In this document: piece after piece, positions 27,647 to 37,732 of the stretch
Layout of the letters: each line of letters starts with the position of its first letter
How positions within the stretch are numbered: position 1 is the stretch's first letter
NCBI GenBank assembly: GCA_028707255.1
Contig: JAQTUQ010000006.1
Span: forward strand, 8,832 to 72,831
Direction: 5' to 3'
DNA: 64,000 nucleotides
Source: Dehalococcoidales bacterium
GTDB taxonomy: Bacteria > Chloroflexota > Dehalococcoidia > Dehalococcoidales > UBA5627
Program-made: the position numbers and the translations under genes
Notes under the pieces: model-generated
Seen by the model: the letters and a program-made list of their open reading frames with translations, nothing else
Database searches by the model: none
What the model was told of the DNA's origin: nothing

Positions 27647-28852
27647 ATGGAATATTCATACGTTGCCTATAACAAAGACAGAAGCTTAATTAAAGGAAAA
27701 GTAACGGCTGACAATGAGTCGGCTGCCAGAAAACTTATTGATTTCAGCGGTTATCAGTTAATAAGCATGAAGGCTAATTCCAGCCTTATCAACTGGAAGT
27801 TGCTGAACACAAATTTAAGCCAGATAAAACCAAAAGAAATCATCATGTTTTCACGTCAGCTGGCTTTACTCCTGGAATCAGGTACGGATATAATTACCTC
27901 GCTGGAATTACTGCAGGAACAGGTAGGGGACAAAACTTTACGTAATGTTCTTGGAGAGATTGTAACCGATATCAGGGGCGGCAGTTCGCTTTCGGCTGCC
28001 ATGAGCAAACACCCGAAGATATTCGAAAATATTTACTACAAAGCCATAGCGGTTGGCGAGAAAGGCGGCAATCTTGAAACGGTGCTGCGTCATATGGCTG
28101 ATTTTTTGGAGAAACAGGCGCTGACCAGGAAAAAAATCAAGAGTGCACTTTCCTATCCGGTAATTGTCAGCGTCGTGGCATTTCTTGTTGTAGGGGTTAT
28201 AGTAGTATTCGTCCTGCCCACTTTCATAAACCTGTATTCTTCTTTAAGTGTCGAGGTTCCCGCTATATTGACTTTCCTGCTTAATTTTATTGATTGGCTT
28301 AAAGCGAATTTTTTGATTATTTTGCTCGTGGTTCTGGCGATTGCAGGCGGCTTCTTTGCCTATACGCGCACCGAAAAAGGTCGCTATCGTCTTGACAGGC
28401 TGAAATTAAGGCTTCCTGTAATCGGTAGGATACTTCATCTGACGGAACTTGCACAATCGGCACGCACTATATCGATGCTTTTCAGGGTGGGTTTGCCGTT
28501 GCCGGAGGTTATGAACCTGGCAATCGGCAGTACCGATAACAAATTCGTAGCTGAAGCCTTTGAAAAAGTACAGCGCGACCTGATACGTGGTGAGGGTATC
28601 TCGAAACCGATGCGCAAGAACAAGTTCTTTCTGCCACTGATGGTGCAGATGGTTGCTGTGGGCGAAGGAACCGGGCATCTGGACAGTACGCTGGTTACCG
28701 TTGCGGAAAGCTACGAGATGGAAGCCGATGATCGCACAACTGCCGCTGTCGGCTTGATACAGCCTATTTTAACGGTATTTATAGGTTTGATAGTGGGCTT
28801 CGTAGCCATTTTAATGCTTTCGACGATGTACTCTATGTACGGGCAACTATAA
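27647..28852 (+). CDS. pilC: Type IV pilus platform protein PilC (GspF family)
   Basis: Two GspF-type repeats with three TM segments. ATG 27647 with GAGGTG upstream is preferred over the 27557 ORF start, which would overlap pilB. Confidence 0.9.
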   Translation: MEYSYVAYNKDRSLIKGKVTADNESAARKLIDFSGYQLISMKANSSLINWKLLNTNLSQIKPKEIIMFSRQLALLLESGTDIITSLELLQEQVGDKTLRNVLGEIVTDIRGGSSLSAAMSKHPKIFENIYYKAIAVGEKGGNLETVLRHMADFLEKQALTRKKIKSALSYPVIVSVVAFLVVGVIVVFVLPTFINLYSSLSVEVPAILTFLLNFIDWLKANFLIILLVVLAIAGGFFAYTRTEKGRYRLDRLKLRLPVIGRILHLTELAQSARTISMLFRVGLPLPEVMNLAIGSTDNKFVAEAFEKVQRDLIRGEGISKPMRKNKFFLPLMVQMVAVGEGTGHLDSTLVTVAESYEMEADDRTTAAVGLIQPILTVFIGLIVGFVAILMLSTMYSMYGQL

Positions 28853-28924
28853 AAAATTGATAAAAGTTATTTTATTTGCAGAAATATAAGACTATAATAG
28901 TTCGTATGACGTAGACGATATAAA

Positions 28925-29386
28925 ATGTTTAAAATGATTAAAAGGGAAAACGGATTTACGCTGGTAGAGGTGCTGGTAGCCTTATCCATAATGGTGATAG
29001 TGGCGCTTATATTTTTGCTGGCGCTGATTATGGCAGGCAAAGCGGTGCTTTTAGCACAGGAGAAGACTATTGCCGAAAGCATTGCCCGCAGCCAGATGGA
29101 GTATGTTAAACAACAGGGTTATAACTACGACGGGGCTACATATTCCGGATATTATGTGTATTTGACAAACACTGAAGTTTTAACTGAACATCCCGGTTTC
29201 ACTGTTTGGAGTGTCAGTGCGTGGGCTGAAGAAAATACACTTGTAGAAGAGGTGCGAGGAGTTAACTGGGATGGCGTCGATAATATTCCCGATGCCAGCG
29301 ATAGCGGAATCCAAAAAATCGGGTTGGTGATAAAACATGGAGAGAATGTCGTCTTCTACCTCGAGGGGTATGTGGTAGACAAATGA
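28925..29386 (+). CDS. Type IV pilin (prepilin-type N-terminal cleavage/methylation domain)
   Basis: Class III signal: KRENG|FTLVEVLVALSIMVIV, with Glu at +5. Confidence 0.8.
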   Translation: MFKMIKRENGFTLVEVLVALSIMVIVALIFLLALIMAGKAVLLAQEKTIAESIARSQMEYVKQQGYNYDGATYSGYYVYLTNTEVLTEHPGFTVWSVSAWAEENTLVEEVRGVNWDGVDNIPDASDSGIQKIGLVIKHGENVVFYLEGYVVDK

Positions 29387-29979
29387 TGAAAAAATTTTTT
29401 GCTGTGTTAAAAAAGCAAAAAGGATTTACACTAATAGAGCTTATTGTGGCAGGGGCTATCGGTGTGCTGGTTATCGGAGCTTTAGTTGCGGTGGTCTGGC
29501 AATTATTTAACACGAGTGCCAGCAGTTCGGGAAATATGATGGCGGTGAGGCAGGTGCAGAATGCAGGTTATTGGATAAGCCAGGATGCGCTTCAGGCACA
29601 GGAGATCAGCACCGCATATGACGCTGATAGCGGAAAAGTACTTGAGTTAATCTGGTATGAATACGAAGAAATCCGCAATGGTGATGGGAATGTAATCAGT
29701 TATGCTAAAGGCGCCGGCCATAAAGCCGTGTTTCTGTTAAATGCCGGAAAATTAACGAGGGAATATTACACCAGCCCTGTAAGTGATAATAATAATTTTA
29801 GTCTACAAAAAACTTCCTATATTGCGGAATATTTGGAATATGACCCGGATAGCAGCATCGTATATACGACTGGAAAGCTGGTATTGACGCTTACAGCAAA
29901 TACCGGCGGTTTCAGAGCACAGACTGCGAAGCGAATATATGAAGTAGATACCAGACCGATAGGTTTATACTGGGATTAA
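29383..29979 (+). CDS. Second pilin / minor pilin
   Basis: KKQKG|FTLIELIVAGAIGVLV prepilin signal. 4-nt overlap with the upstream pilin gene. Confidence 0.75.
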   Translation: MMKKFFAVLKKQKGFTLIELIVAGAIGVLVIGALVAVVWQLFNTSASSSGNMMAVRQVQNAGYWISQDALQAQEISTAYDADSGKVLELIWYEYEEIRNGDGNVISYAKGAGHKAVFLLNAGKLTREYYTSPVSDNNNFSLQKTSYIAEYLEYDPDSSIVYTTGKLVLTLTANTGGFRAQTAKRIYEVDTRPIGLYWD

Positions 29980-29994
29980 TGGAGGAGGTGGAAT

Positions 29995-31242
29995 ATGAGG
30001 GGTTTAAGGCGGAAAATGAAGGGTGAAAGAGGGTTGGCTTTAATATATGCCCTGCTTGCGTTGGCTTTAGGTGCGGTTATTACCGTACCTCTTCTTTCCT
30101 TGATGAATACAGGATTGGTAGCGGCGCAGGTTAATGAAGATAAAACACTGGAGCTGTATGCGGCGGATGCCGGAATAGATGATGCAATTTGGAAATTAAA
30201 TAATTGCAGATTAGTTATGGATGCAGGAATGCAGTTTAATTACTACTACATTGACCCGGAAACAGGTTTAGAAATAGATTATTTTGGTTATTTACCGCCT
30301 AGCGACCCCTATATTCCGTTGGAAGTAGTTCAGATTTATTATGATATCAACGATATAAACGGTTATCAAGTAAAAGTTGAAATCTTATATCTGAACGCTC
30401 TGAGTGGTGGTACTTATAGAGTTACCTCGACTGCCTATGAAACGGATATATCAGACGGCACAAAAGTTGAAACAATTATTGCTTCATTTGTCAACCTGCG
30501 CGCTTTTCAATCCGCGCTGGTTAGCAGCGGTTCTATAGATTTTAAAAAGGATACATTTGTTATCGGAGGGGATATACTGTGCGGTGGTGATATTGATGAT
30601 GGTGATATGGAAACATATCTTCATTTAAGCGAGGGGGCTGAGGTTTTTGAAAATGTGCCGAAGGCAATAATGGACACTTATTTCCCTTCACCAGAAGAAT
30701 TGGCTGAAAAGGCTCTTGAATATGAGAACGAAGCTAAAGAAGGGGATATTTATGAAACAGGCCAGAATTTATACAGCACCGGTTCACCTTACGGCTCAAT
30801 GTATATTGACGGAAATTTGACGGTTGGTAATAACCAAGAGGTCGAAATCAATGGAACTGTATACGTAACAGGTTCTATTAGTTTTGGAAATAATGCCTAT
30901 CTAAGTGGCAACTGTAAACTTGTTGCCGAAGGTGATATAACGTTTCAAAACTGGCAAAGCACAGGCGAGGATTCAATGTTCATGATTTTTTCCATCGGTG
31001 GCTCAATTGATTTGGGCCAGGATTTCAATGGGCGTGCTTTGATATATGCTCCAACCGGTGATGTTACATTTAAGAATTGGGCAAATGTTCTGGGTAGCGT
31101 TATTTGCGGCGGTCAGGTGGATGTTATTGAGCTTGAAATCGGGAAGGAATTTACAATAACTTATGATCCGATTTACAGCGATACATTCGAATTACCCGGA
31201 GTAATAGTAGGGGCTTTGGTGCTGACGTATTCAATCAGTTAA
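29995..31242 (+). CDS. PilX-N-like pseudopilin with large C-terminal beta-helix-like domain
   Basis: N-terminus GERG|LALIYALLALALGAV and …ELYAADAGIDDAIWKL resemble the PilX_N family, but there is no Glu at +5. The C-terminus has Gly/Asn-rich repeats (GNLTVGNN…INGTVYVTGSISFGNNAYLSGN…). Confidence 0.55.
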   Translation: MRGLRRKMKGERGLALIYALLALALGAVITVPLLSLMNTGLVAAQVNEDKTLELYAADAGIDDAIWKLNNCRLVMDAGMQFNYYYIDPETGLEIDYFGYLPPSDPYIPLEVVQIYYDINDINGYQVKVEILYLNALSGGTYRVTSTAYETDISDGTKVETIIASFVNLRAFQSALVSSGSIDFKKDTFVIGGDILCGGDIDDGDMETYLHLSEGAEVFENVPKAIMDTYFPSPEELAEKALEYENEAKEGDIYETGQNLYSTGSPYGSMYIDGNLTVGNNQEVEINGTVYVTGSISFGNNAYLSGNCKLVAEGDITFQNWQSTGEDSMFMIFSIGGSIDLGQDFNGRALIYAPTGDVTFKNWANVLGSVICGGQVDVIELEIGKEFTITYDPIYSDTFELPGVIVGALVLTYSIS

Positions 31243-31275
31243 ATATATACATGTATAATCTACGCTCGGAGGTTA

Positions 31276-32517
31276 ATGTGCGTTATGAAAATGAGCGGTA
31301 AGCGATGGGCAGTAATCGGGGTGGTGTTATTAATTGGCGCGATAGTCGCGCTGTATATCCCGTATAACAACAATATAAAAGAGCAGGAAACCCTGCAGCA
31401 ACAGATAACTACCGCCAGGCAGTTGGTCCTGGTGCGGACAATGAGCAAAAATAGCCTGGAGCAGAAGATACTAGAGCTCGAAGCGGATATCGCAGCAGCA
31501 GAGGAAGAAACCGTACAGCTTCAGGAGGAACTCGACAACCTGCAGGCTGAGCTACTACAATTGGAAGCCGAAAGGGAACAGGCGATACAGGAAGCCATCG
31601 CACTGCTTAACGCAACAGAGGCTAAATTTTTAGGCTCCGCCGAAAGCATCGAATACGGGGAGTTGTTGTTCGCACTGGCGAATTCGGCAGATATTACCCT
31701 GTCGCAAATAGACTACTCTTCAGGTGGTACAGTCAGCATAGAAGACGTTGAGTATGGTGTGGTATTTTTAGAACTTTCGGTTTCCGGTAAGAAAGCCGAT
31801 ATTCTCGATTATCTAGTCAAAATACAATTCGACGATGCATTCAATACCGCCCTTTTCGACCAGATAAGCCTGTCGTTGCCCAAAATACTTACGGAAGAGG
31901 AAAAGGAGCAGGTATTTTTTACAATTCTCCATGAAATGGAGGCGCAAGGAATTGCTGATTTCACGCTCGATGAAATATGCAATTTTATTATCCTCGGAAT
32001 AGCAGATGTCACAGGCAATTACATCAGCACGGAAACCGTGGAAGATATGGCAAAGAGGATTAAACAAATATTGGCTGATTTGATGGAAGAGGAGTATGAA
32101 GAACCCCTGGAGCATACCCTGACCGAAGATTACGATGACCGTTTAGCCCTCGAACTGGCGCAGTTGATAAAACAACATATTATCGATTTGTTGCAAGATA
32201 CTGTTGTTAATGAAATAACGGCCAGAATCGTGACAGCCCTGGAAAACGGCGATAATCTCGAATCGATTGTGGGAGAAGATATCGCTGCCTTGCTGAGCAG
32301 TGAATTATCCGGTGCTCTACCTGGGGATATTGCCGCTTTGTTGAAAACCTATATATCCGAGTGTATATATGACAGAATGGTCGAGCATGTTACCCCTCAC
32401 GTTTTTCAGAGCGCACAGGTTGCGGCAAATGAACTGATAATACAATTGGAAGCCGCTTCCAGCGGTGGTATAAAAATTGCTGTTTTCACTTATAACACCT
32501 CGCAGGAGGAAGAATAA
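31276..32517 (+). CDS. Membrane-anchored coiled-coil protein, PilO-like, with acidic C-terminal extension
   Basis: N-terminal TM helix (WAVIGVVLLIGAIVALYI), a coiled coil (LELEADIAAAEEETVQLQEELDNLQAELLQLEAE), then a PilO-like segment. The start is uncertain (31276 or 31285). Confidence 0.4.
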   Translation: MCVMKMSGKRWAVIGVVLLIGAIVALYIPYNNNIKEQETLQQQITTARQLVLVRTMSKNSLEQKILELEADIAAAEEETVQLQEELDNLQAELLQLEAEREQAIQEAIALLNATEAKFLGSAESIEYGELLFALANSADITLSQIDYSSGGTVSIEDVEYGVVFLELSVSGKKADILDYLVKIQFDDAFNTALFDQISLSLPKILTEEEKEQVFFTILHEMEAQGIADFTLDEICNFIILGIADVTGNYISTETVEDMAKRIKQILADLMEEEYEEPLEHTLTEDYDDRLALELAQLIKQHIIDLLQDTVVNEITARIVTALENGDNLESIVGEDIAALLSSELSGALPGDIAALLKTYISECIYDRMVEHVTPHVFQSAQVAANELIIQLEAASSGGIKIAVFTYNTSQEEE

Positions 32518-34058
32518 TGGCACGCAAAGTTACTTTATATATAGAAGATGCTGAAATCAAACTTGTGGTAAGCGACGGTAAAAAGGTGCTCAAATGGGCA
32601 AGCCTCGTTCTCGAACAGAAACTTGTCAGCGACGGGGTTGTGCTGGATGAGAAACAAATCGCTCAGGAAATAAAAAATATAATGGAAGCCACCGAGGTGG
32701 GCACTAAAAAGATAATAGTTGCTTTAAGCGGTTTAAACTCGGTTTTCCGTTTTATCTCCTTTCCTGCCGGTATGCCGGCTGCCATGTTGGATGAAGCGAT
32801 TATAAACGAAGCACGGCGCGTTCTTCCTGTATCTGTCGAACAGATATACCTGTCGTATCAACACATTGCCAGTAATAAAGATGAAGCGCAGTATTTTCTG
32901 GCGGCATATCCTCGCAATGCCACCGATACCCTGATTAATGCCATTAAAGCGGCAGGATTGAAAGTGCAGTCGCTCGACCTGGCGCCGCTGGCTTTGGCGC
33001 GCTGCGTCAACGAACCAAGTGCGGTAATTGTAAATTCGTGGTTAACATATCTGGATATAATAGTGCTCGTGGAAGGCTTGCCCAAAGTCATTCGCAGTCT
33101 TTCTTTACCAATCGAATCAGATGACATGGGGCAAAAATTACCTATTATAGGGGAGGAAATCAATAGAACCATATCCTATTACAAGACCAGCTATCCTGAT
33201 AAGACACTGGACGATGCAACACCTGTTATGGTATGCGGAGACCTTTCAAATAAAGAGGATGAGCTGAAACAAAACCTGAGCGGGCTTAATAACGGAGTAT
33301 TTACCTTAACGGCGCCGTTTGCAATGGATGTGGAATTTCCTGCCAGCCAGTATATGGTAAACATAGGGATGTTCTTAAAAGGACAGCTACCGAAAGGAAA
33401 AGACATCTATTATTCCATTGTCGATATAGAAGCGCTGCCGAAAATACACCAGCCACCCGCTCCAAAGCTGATTAACATATTGGTGCCGGTTCTGATAGTT
33501 GTGGCTTTGGCAGGGATTTTTTACGGATGGCTTTTCCTGCAGAATACAATTGATGAAACCAAAAAGATGAGAACGGAGCTATCGCAATTGCAGACACAAA
33601 ACGCATCCTTGAATACCGCTATAACCAATCTTAATAAGGACGCCGATAATCTGGAATATGAACTTTCGCTGATTGAAGATGGGAATTATCATAAACAAAA
33701 TGAGATTTTACTGGAGCAAAGGGCTATAGATACCCAGAAAGAAACAAATCTGCTGCCGATTGCCGAGCATGAACAGGCTGTCGTAATGCAGCAATTGTTG
33801 GACAATTTAAGTTTTGCTCTGGATAAAACCAATGTCGATTTAAGCGTGATAACCGGGCTGTCCGTTGGTATAGTGGATGTACTGAGTATCGGTTACGGCG
33901 TTAGTCAGGTTGATATAAGCGGTATAGCTACAAGCGAAGACAACATCTATGCCTATGCCCGTGCTTTGAGAGACAGCGGTCAATTCGTATCGGTAATTGT
34001 AAACACTGTTATGGATAGTGGCGGCACCTTCGAATTCAGTATTTACGCTGCATGGTAG
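32517..34058 (+). CDS. pilM: PilM (actin-like ATPase) fused to a TM/coiled-coil PilN-like region
   Basis: The N-terminal ~300 aa are PilM-like (…IVALSGLNSVFRFISFP…, …LDLAPLALARC…). A TM helix follows (ILVPVLIVVALAGIFYGWLFL), then a coiled coil and a C-terminal domain. Confidence 0.7.
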   Translation: MARKVTLYIEDAEIKLVVSDGKKVLKWASLVLEQKLVSDGVVLDEKQIAQEIKNIMEATEVGTKKIIVALSGLNSVFRFISFPAGMPAAMLDEAIINEARRVLPVSVEQIYLSYQHIASNKDEAQYFLAAYPRNATDTLINAIKAAGLKVQSLDLAPLALARCVNEPSAVIVNSWLTYLDIIVLVEGLPKVIRSLSLPIESDDMGQKLPIIGEEINRTISYYKTSYPDKTLDDATPVMVCGDLSNKEDELKQNLSGLNNGVFTLTAPFAMDVEFPASQYMVNIGMFLKGQLPKGKDIYYSIVDIEALPKIHQPPAPKLINILVPVLIVVALAGIFYGWLFLQNTIDETKKMRTELSQLQTQNASLNTAITNLNKDADNLEYELSLIEDGNYHKQNEILLEQRAIDTQKETNLLPIAEHEQAVVMQQLLDNLSFALDKTNVDLSVITGLSVGIVDVLSIGYGVSQVDISGIATSEDNIYAYARALRDSGQFVSVIVNTVMDSGGTFEFSIYAAW

Positions 34059-34074
34059 TGATAAAGAGATAAAT

Positions 34075-35175
34075 ATGGATATTATCGAACTGCTGAAAAC
34101 AGCGAAAGAACAGAGGGCGTCCGACCTGCATATGGTGCTGGATACGCCTCCGATGTTTCGAATAGATGGTGTCCTGAAAAACGTTAACGGCTCACATCCG
34201 CTAACGGCACAGGATGTCAGGGCTGCTTTCGAGCAAATAACGACACCAAGAGAACGGTCCCATTTTGAAGAAAATATGGAGCTGGATTTCAGTTATGCAA
34301 TTTCCGGAGTCGGTCAGTTTCGCTGCAACGCCTCAGCTCAACGTGGGGCGATTAGCCTTGCCATACGTTTGTTGCCGGCAGAAGTGCCGACTATAAGTCA
34401 GATGGAATTACCCTGCGTCTTCGAGCAGCTGATTACCCAGCCCAGGGGGCTGGTTATCGTAACCGGTCCTACGGGTAGCGGAAAGACCACAACACTGGCG
34501 GCAATGATAAATCATCTGAATAACACCGACAGCCGTCATATCTTAACCATTGAAGACCCGATAGAATATGTTCATCTTTCGAATAAGAGCGTTATCACGC
34601 AGCGCGAACTCGGTAAGGATACTCATTCCTTCGCTCATGCCTTAAAACATGTATTGAGGCAGGACCCGGATGTTATTTTAGTGGGTGAAATGCGTGATTT
34701 GGATACGGCGGCAGCCGTTTTAAACATTGCCGAGACTGGGCATCTGGTACTCAGTACCAGCCACGCTCCCAGCGCGCCGCAGGCATTGGAACGCATCATC
34801 GATTTATTCCCTCTGTACGAGCGCAACCTGGCGCAAACGAGGTTGGCATCATTACTGGTTGCGGTTATCTGCCAGACACTGGTACCGCGCGCCGGCGGAA
34901 CAGGAAGAATTGCCGCAGTGGAGATAATGCTGGCAAACGATGCGGTAAAGAACCTCGTGCGGGAGGGCAAGATTTATCAACTGCACAATGTAATCGTGAC
35001 CAATCGTGAAAACGGTATGATTTCTATGGATGAAGCGCTAATAGAACTCTATAAAAAGGGCATCATTAAGTATGATACCGTGATGCGTTATTGCGCCAAT
35101 CGCAAAGAGGTTGAAAATATCATCGGTGGCGGCAAGAGCAAGGTAATCGTGAGAAAAAGCAAATCCAGGGGATAA
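34075..35175 (+). CDS. pilT: Twitching-motility retraction ATPase PilT
   Basis: ASDLHM, Walker A (VTGPTGSGKTTT), the PilT signature (AHALKHVLRQDPDVILVGEMRD) and His box (GHLVLSTSH). ATG 34075 is preferred over the 34018 ORF start. Confidence 0.9.
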   Translation: MDIIELLKTAKEQRASDLHMVLDTPPMFRIDGVLKNVNGSHPLTAQDVRAAFEQITTPRERSHFEENMELDFSYAISGVGQFRCNASAQRGAISLAIRLLPAEVPTISQMELPCVFEQLITQPRGLVIVTGPTGSGKTTTLAAMINHLNNTDSRHILTIEDPIEYVHLSNKSVITQRELGKDTHSFAHALKHVLRQDPDVILVGEMRDLDTAAAVLNIAETGHLVLSTSHAPSAPQALERIIDLFPLYERNLAQTRLASLLVAVICQTLVPRAGGTGRIAAVEIMLANDAVKNLVREGKIYQLHNVIVTNRENGMISMDEALIELYKKGIIKYDTVMRYCANRKEVENIIGGGKSKVIVRKSKSRG

Positions 35176-35223
35176 TCGGCGCTTTCTATGCCTATCGGCA
35201 GAATATGACCGCAAACAATTTTT

Positions 35224-35249
35224 GAGGGGCAGGAATGCCCCTCTATTTT
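35224..35249 (+). terminator. Rho-independent terminator ending the pilus operon
   Basis: GAGGGGCAggaaTGCCCCTC followed by TATTTTA, about 50 nt after the pilT stop. Confidence 0.6.
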
Positions 35250-35403
35250 ATGCCTGAACACATTGTCATTTCAGAAAGCAGATTTTCCCAGGTAACAGAC
35301 TATAGCAACGTCTTTTGGGTGTAACTGGCAGTCAAGCCTTGCAGGCGTTAAAGAAATATCCACGGTTAGGCTGGTAATTGTTTAAGGACAGTTGGTTATT
35401 ATG

Positions 35404-35412
35404 TGGTATAAT
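35404..35412 (+). promoter_or_regulatory. Candidate extended -10 promoter element for ruvB
   Basis: TGgTATAAT (35404-35412), about 25-30 nt upstream of the conserved RuvB N-terminus. No good -35 hexamer was seen. Confidence 0.35.
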
Positions 35413-35434
35413 AATGCGATAACAGGCAGGGGGC

Positions 35435-36466
35435 ATTAAAATAGAACGCATTATATCCGGTAAAACCAACGATGAAGACTCTCCCCTGGACAGCAGTCTG
35501 AGACCAAGATATTTTAACGATTTTATTGGGCAATCCAGAGTAAGAGAGAATCTTAATATAGCAATAGAGGCCGCCAAAGGTAGAGGTGAAGCTCTCGACC
35601 ATATATTGCTGTACGGCCCTCCGGGACTGGGAAAAACCACACTGGCAAATATCATAGCCATCGAGATGGGTGTTAACCTCAGGATAACTTCCGGCCCCGC
35701 CATAGAGCGAACCGGCGACCTGGCAGCCATTTTAACCAATATTCACAGCCAGGACATCCTGTTTATCGATGAAATACATCGTCTTAGCAGGGTTGTGGAA
35801 GAAATACTCTATCCGGCCATGGAAGACCGTGCGCTGGATATCATGATAGGCAAAGGCCCCGGCGCCAAGAGTCTGCGCCTGAATCTGCCGGCTTTTACTC
35901 TAATCGGGGCGACCACGCGATACGCACAATTAAGCTCTCCGTTAAGAGACAGGTTCGGGGCTGTCTACCGCCTCGATTTTTATGATATCAAGGATATCGA
36001 AGAAATTTTGAAACGCTCGGCAAAAATTCTCGGAGTAAAAGCGGAAGCGGACGGTCTGCGTGAAATTGCCTGCCGCTCGCGCGGGACACCGAGAGTGGCT
36101 AACCGCTTATTGAAAAGAGTCAGGGACTATGCGCAGGTAAAAGGCGACGGGAAGGCTACCGCAGAGATGGCGGTAGAGGCGCTGTCGAAACTGGAAGTCG
36201 ACCGCATGGGGCTGGATGATGTCGATAATAAAGTATTAAATACTATTATTAAGAAATTTAACGGAGGCCCGGTCGGTATTGAAACCATTGCCGCATCAAT
36301 CAGCGAGGAAGCGGATACCATAATGGATGTTTATGAACCGTACCTGATGCAACTGGGTTTTTTGGAGAGGACGCCGCGCGGCAGGCTGGCAACTCCTCTG
36401 GCTTACCAGCATCTCGGAATACCCTGCAACAATAAAGAAAAACCGCCGCAGCAGTCTTTATTTTGA
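35435..36466 (+). CDS. ruvB: Holliday junction branch-migration helicase RuvB (start codon non-canonical or uncertain)
   Basis: Walker A ([18 protein letters not shown]), Walker B ([10 protein letters not shown]), sensor and arginine finger ([11 protein letters not shown]). The conserved N-terminal segment (K)IERIISG…[13 protein letters not shown] is in frame from 35435/35441, but no ATG/GTG/TTG occurs before 35606. Confidence 0.85.
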   Translation: MKIERIISGKTNDEDSPLDSSLRPRYFNDFIGQSRVRENLNIAIEAAKGRGEALDHILLYGPPGLGKTTLANIIAIEMGVNLRITSGPAIERTGDLAAILTNIHSQDILFIDEIHRLSRVVEEILYPAMEDRALDIMIGKGPGAKSLRLNLPAFTLIGATTRYAQLSSPLRDRFGAVYRLDFYDIKDIEEILKRSAKILGVKAEADGLREIACRSRGTPRVANRLLKRVRDYAQVKGDGKATAEMAVEALSKLEVDRMGLDDVDNKVLNTIIKKFNGGPVGIETIAASISEEADTIMDVYEPYLMQLGFLERTPRGRLATPLAYQHLGIPCNNKEKPPQQSLF

Positions 36467-36467
36467 T

Positions 36468-37031
36468 ATGAACAATAAGTCCGTATTGATTCACTGTTGT
36501 TGCGCGCATTGCACTGCCTATACCGTCAAATACTGGCAGGAGCAGGGATACGAGGCAACCGCTCTCTGGTATAACCCCAATATTCACCCCTATATGGAGC
36601 ATCAAAGCCGTCTTGAGGCGATGAAAACTCTTTCCGAAAATATGAGCTTTAATCTGATAGTAATCGAAAGTTACGACTTTATAGAATATTTCAGGCGGGT
36701 GGTGGGGCATGAGGACGAAAGGTGCGCTTTGTGTTTTGACATTAGGCTTAATAAAACAGCCGAAACGGCGATTGGATTGGGAATTAAAAATTTCACTTCT
36801 ACATTGCTGATAAGCCACCAGCAAAAGCATGATTTACTGAAAGGAATCGGCGAAAAACTGGCGCAAGAGTTTGGGGTCGACTTCCTGTATGCCGACCTGC
36901 GGAAACGCTATTCCGACAGCCGCCATATTACCAAGCCGATGGATTTATACCGCCAGCAATATTGCGGCTGCGTTTACAGCGAATGGGAGCGATATACCGA
37001 CAAAACGATAGAGCGCTCCTCCAATCAATAA
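36468..37031 (+). CDS. queH: Epoxyqueuosine reductase QueH (DUF208)
   Basis: N-terminal LIHCCCAHC…YNPNIHP and C-terminal YRQQYCGC motifs characteristic of QueH. Confidence 0.85.
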   Translation: MNNKSVLIHCCCAHCTAYTVKYWQEQGYEATALWYNPNIHPYMEHQSRLEAMKTLSENMSFNLIVIESYDFIEYFRRVVGHEDERCALCFDIRLNKTAETAIGLGIKNFTSTLLISHQQKHDLLKGIGEKLAQEFGVDFLYADLRKRYSDSRHITKPMDLYRQQYCGCVYSEWERYTDKTIERSSNQ

Positions 37032-37163
37032 TAAGTAAAAAGTTTTCTTAAAATCCGCTCCAATTCGATATATTCATAAATTTAACATTATCTTTTTAAC
37101 AATATGTTAGAATTAACGTGTAAATACAATGGGGTGTGTGTTTTGTCTTATTGTGTGAGGCTT

Positions 37164-37724
37164 ATGACAGAAGAGGATATCCCTCGGGTTTCCAAATTGG
37201 ACCGAGAGTTATTTCCCGGCGTAAAAATGCCCACCAATTTTCAGAACGAGCTGAAGAATTGCCTGGCTCGCTATATCGTGGCTTGCAATGATAAGTTGCC
37301 GGATTTTAATAATGAAGATAGTATCGTCGGATATGCCGGTGTGTGGATAATGGTAGGCGAAGTCCACATAGTCAATATTGCCGTAACCAATGATTGCCGG
37401 CGTCGGGGCATAGGCGAGTTACTGCTGATAGCGTTAATCGAGCTTGCTTTAAGCATGTGTTGCAATATGATTACCCTGGAGGTACGAGTTTCAAATGTCA
37501 CGGCACAGAAACTATATGAAAAGTACGGTTTTACTGTCAGGGGAATCAGGCAGGGATACTATACGGATAGCCGGGAAGACGGAATTATAATGACTGTAGA
37601 TGATATTAACGGCAGAGCTTTCAAAGAAGAATTTAAAAAATTAAAAAGCGATTACCGAAAAAAACGGGGAGCAGCCGAAATTATCCTGACTGCTCCTTTA
37701 TCGCAATTCGATTATTTTTTATAG
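37164..37724 (+). CDS. rimI: GNAT N-acetyltransferase, RimI-like (ribosomal-protein-alanine acetyltransferase)
   Basis: GNAT motif A (IAVTNDCRRRGIGELLL) and LEVRVSNVTAQKLYEKYGF. The start is uncertain: alternatives TTG 37143 and GTG 37155 are in frame. Confidence 0.7.
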   Translation: MTEEDIPRVSKLDRELFPGVKMPTNFQNELKNCLARYIVACNDKLPDFNNEDSIVGYAGVWIMVGEVHIVNIAVTNDCRRRGIGELLLIALIELALSMCCNMITLEVRVSNVTAQKLYEKYGFTVRGIRQGYYTDSREDGIIMTVDDINGRAFKEEFKKLKSDYRKKRGAAEIILTAPLSQFDYFL

Positions 37725-37732
37725 AATATATC

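Noticed and set aside
35332-35739. 135-aa minus-strand ORF covering the region where the ruvB start should be
   Set aside because: The plus-strand frame encodes the conserved RuvB N-terminus and Walker A. The minus ORF has no family resemblance and is only apparent because ruvB lacks a canonical start in the ORF track.
36300-36830. 176-aa ORF antisense to the ruvB 3' end and queH
   Set aside because: It overlaps two well-supported plus-strand genes across their junction. The composition is typical of an antisense shadow frame.
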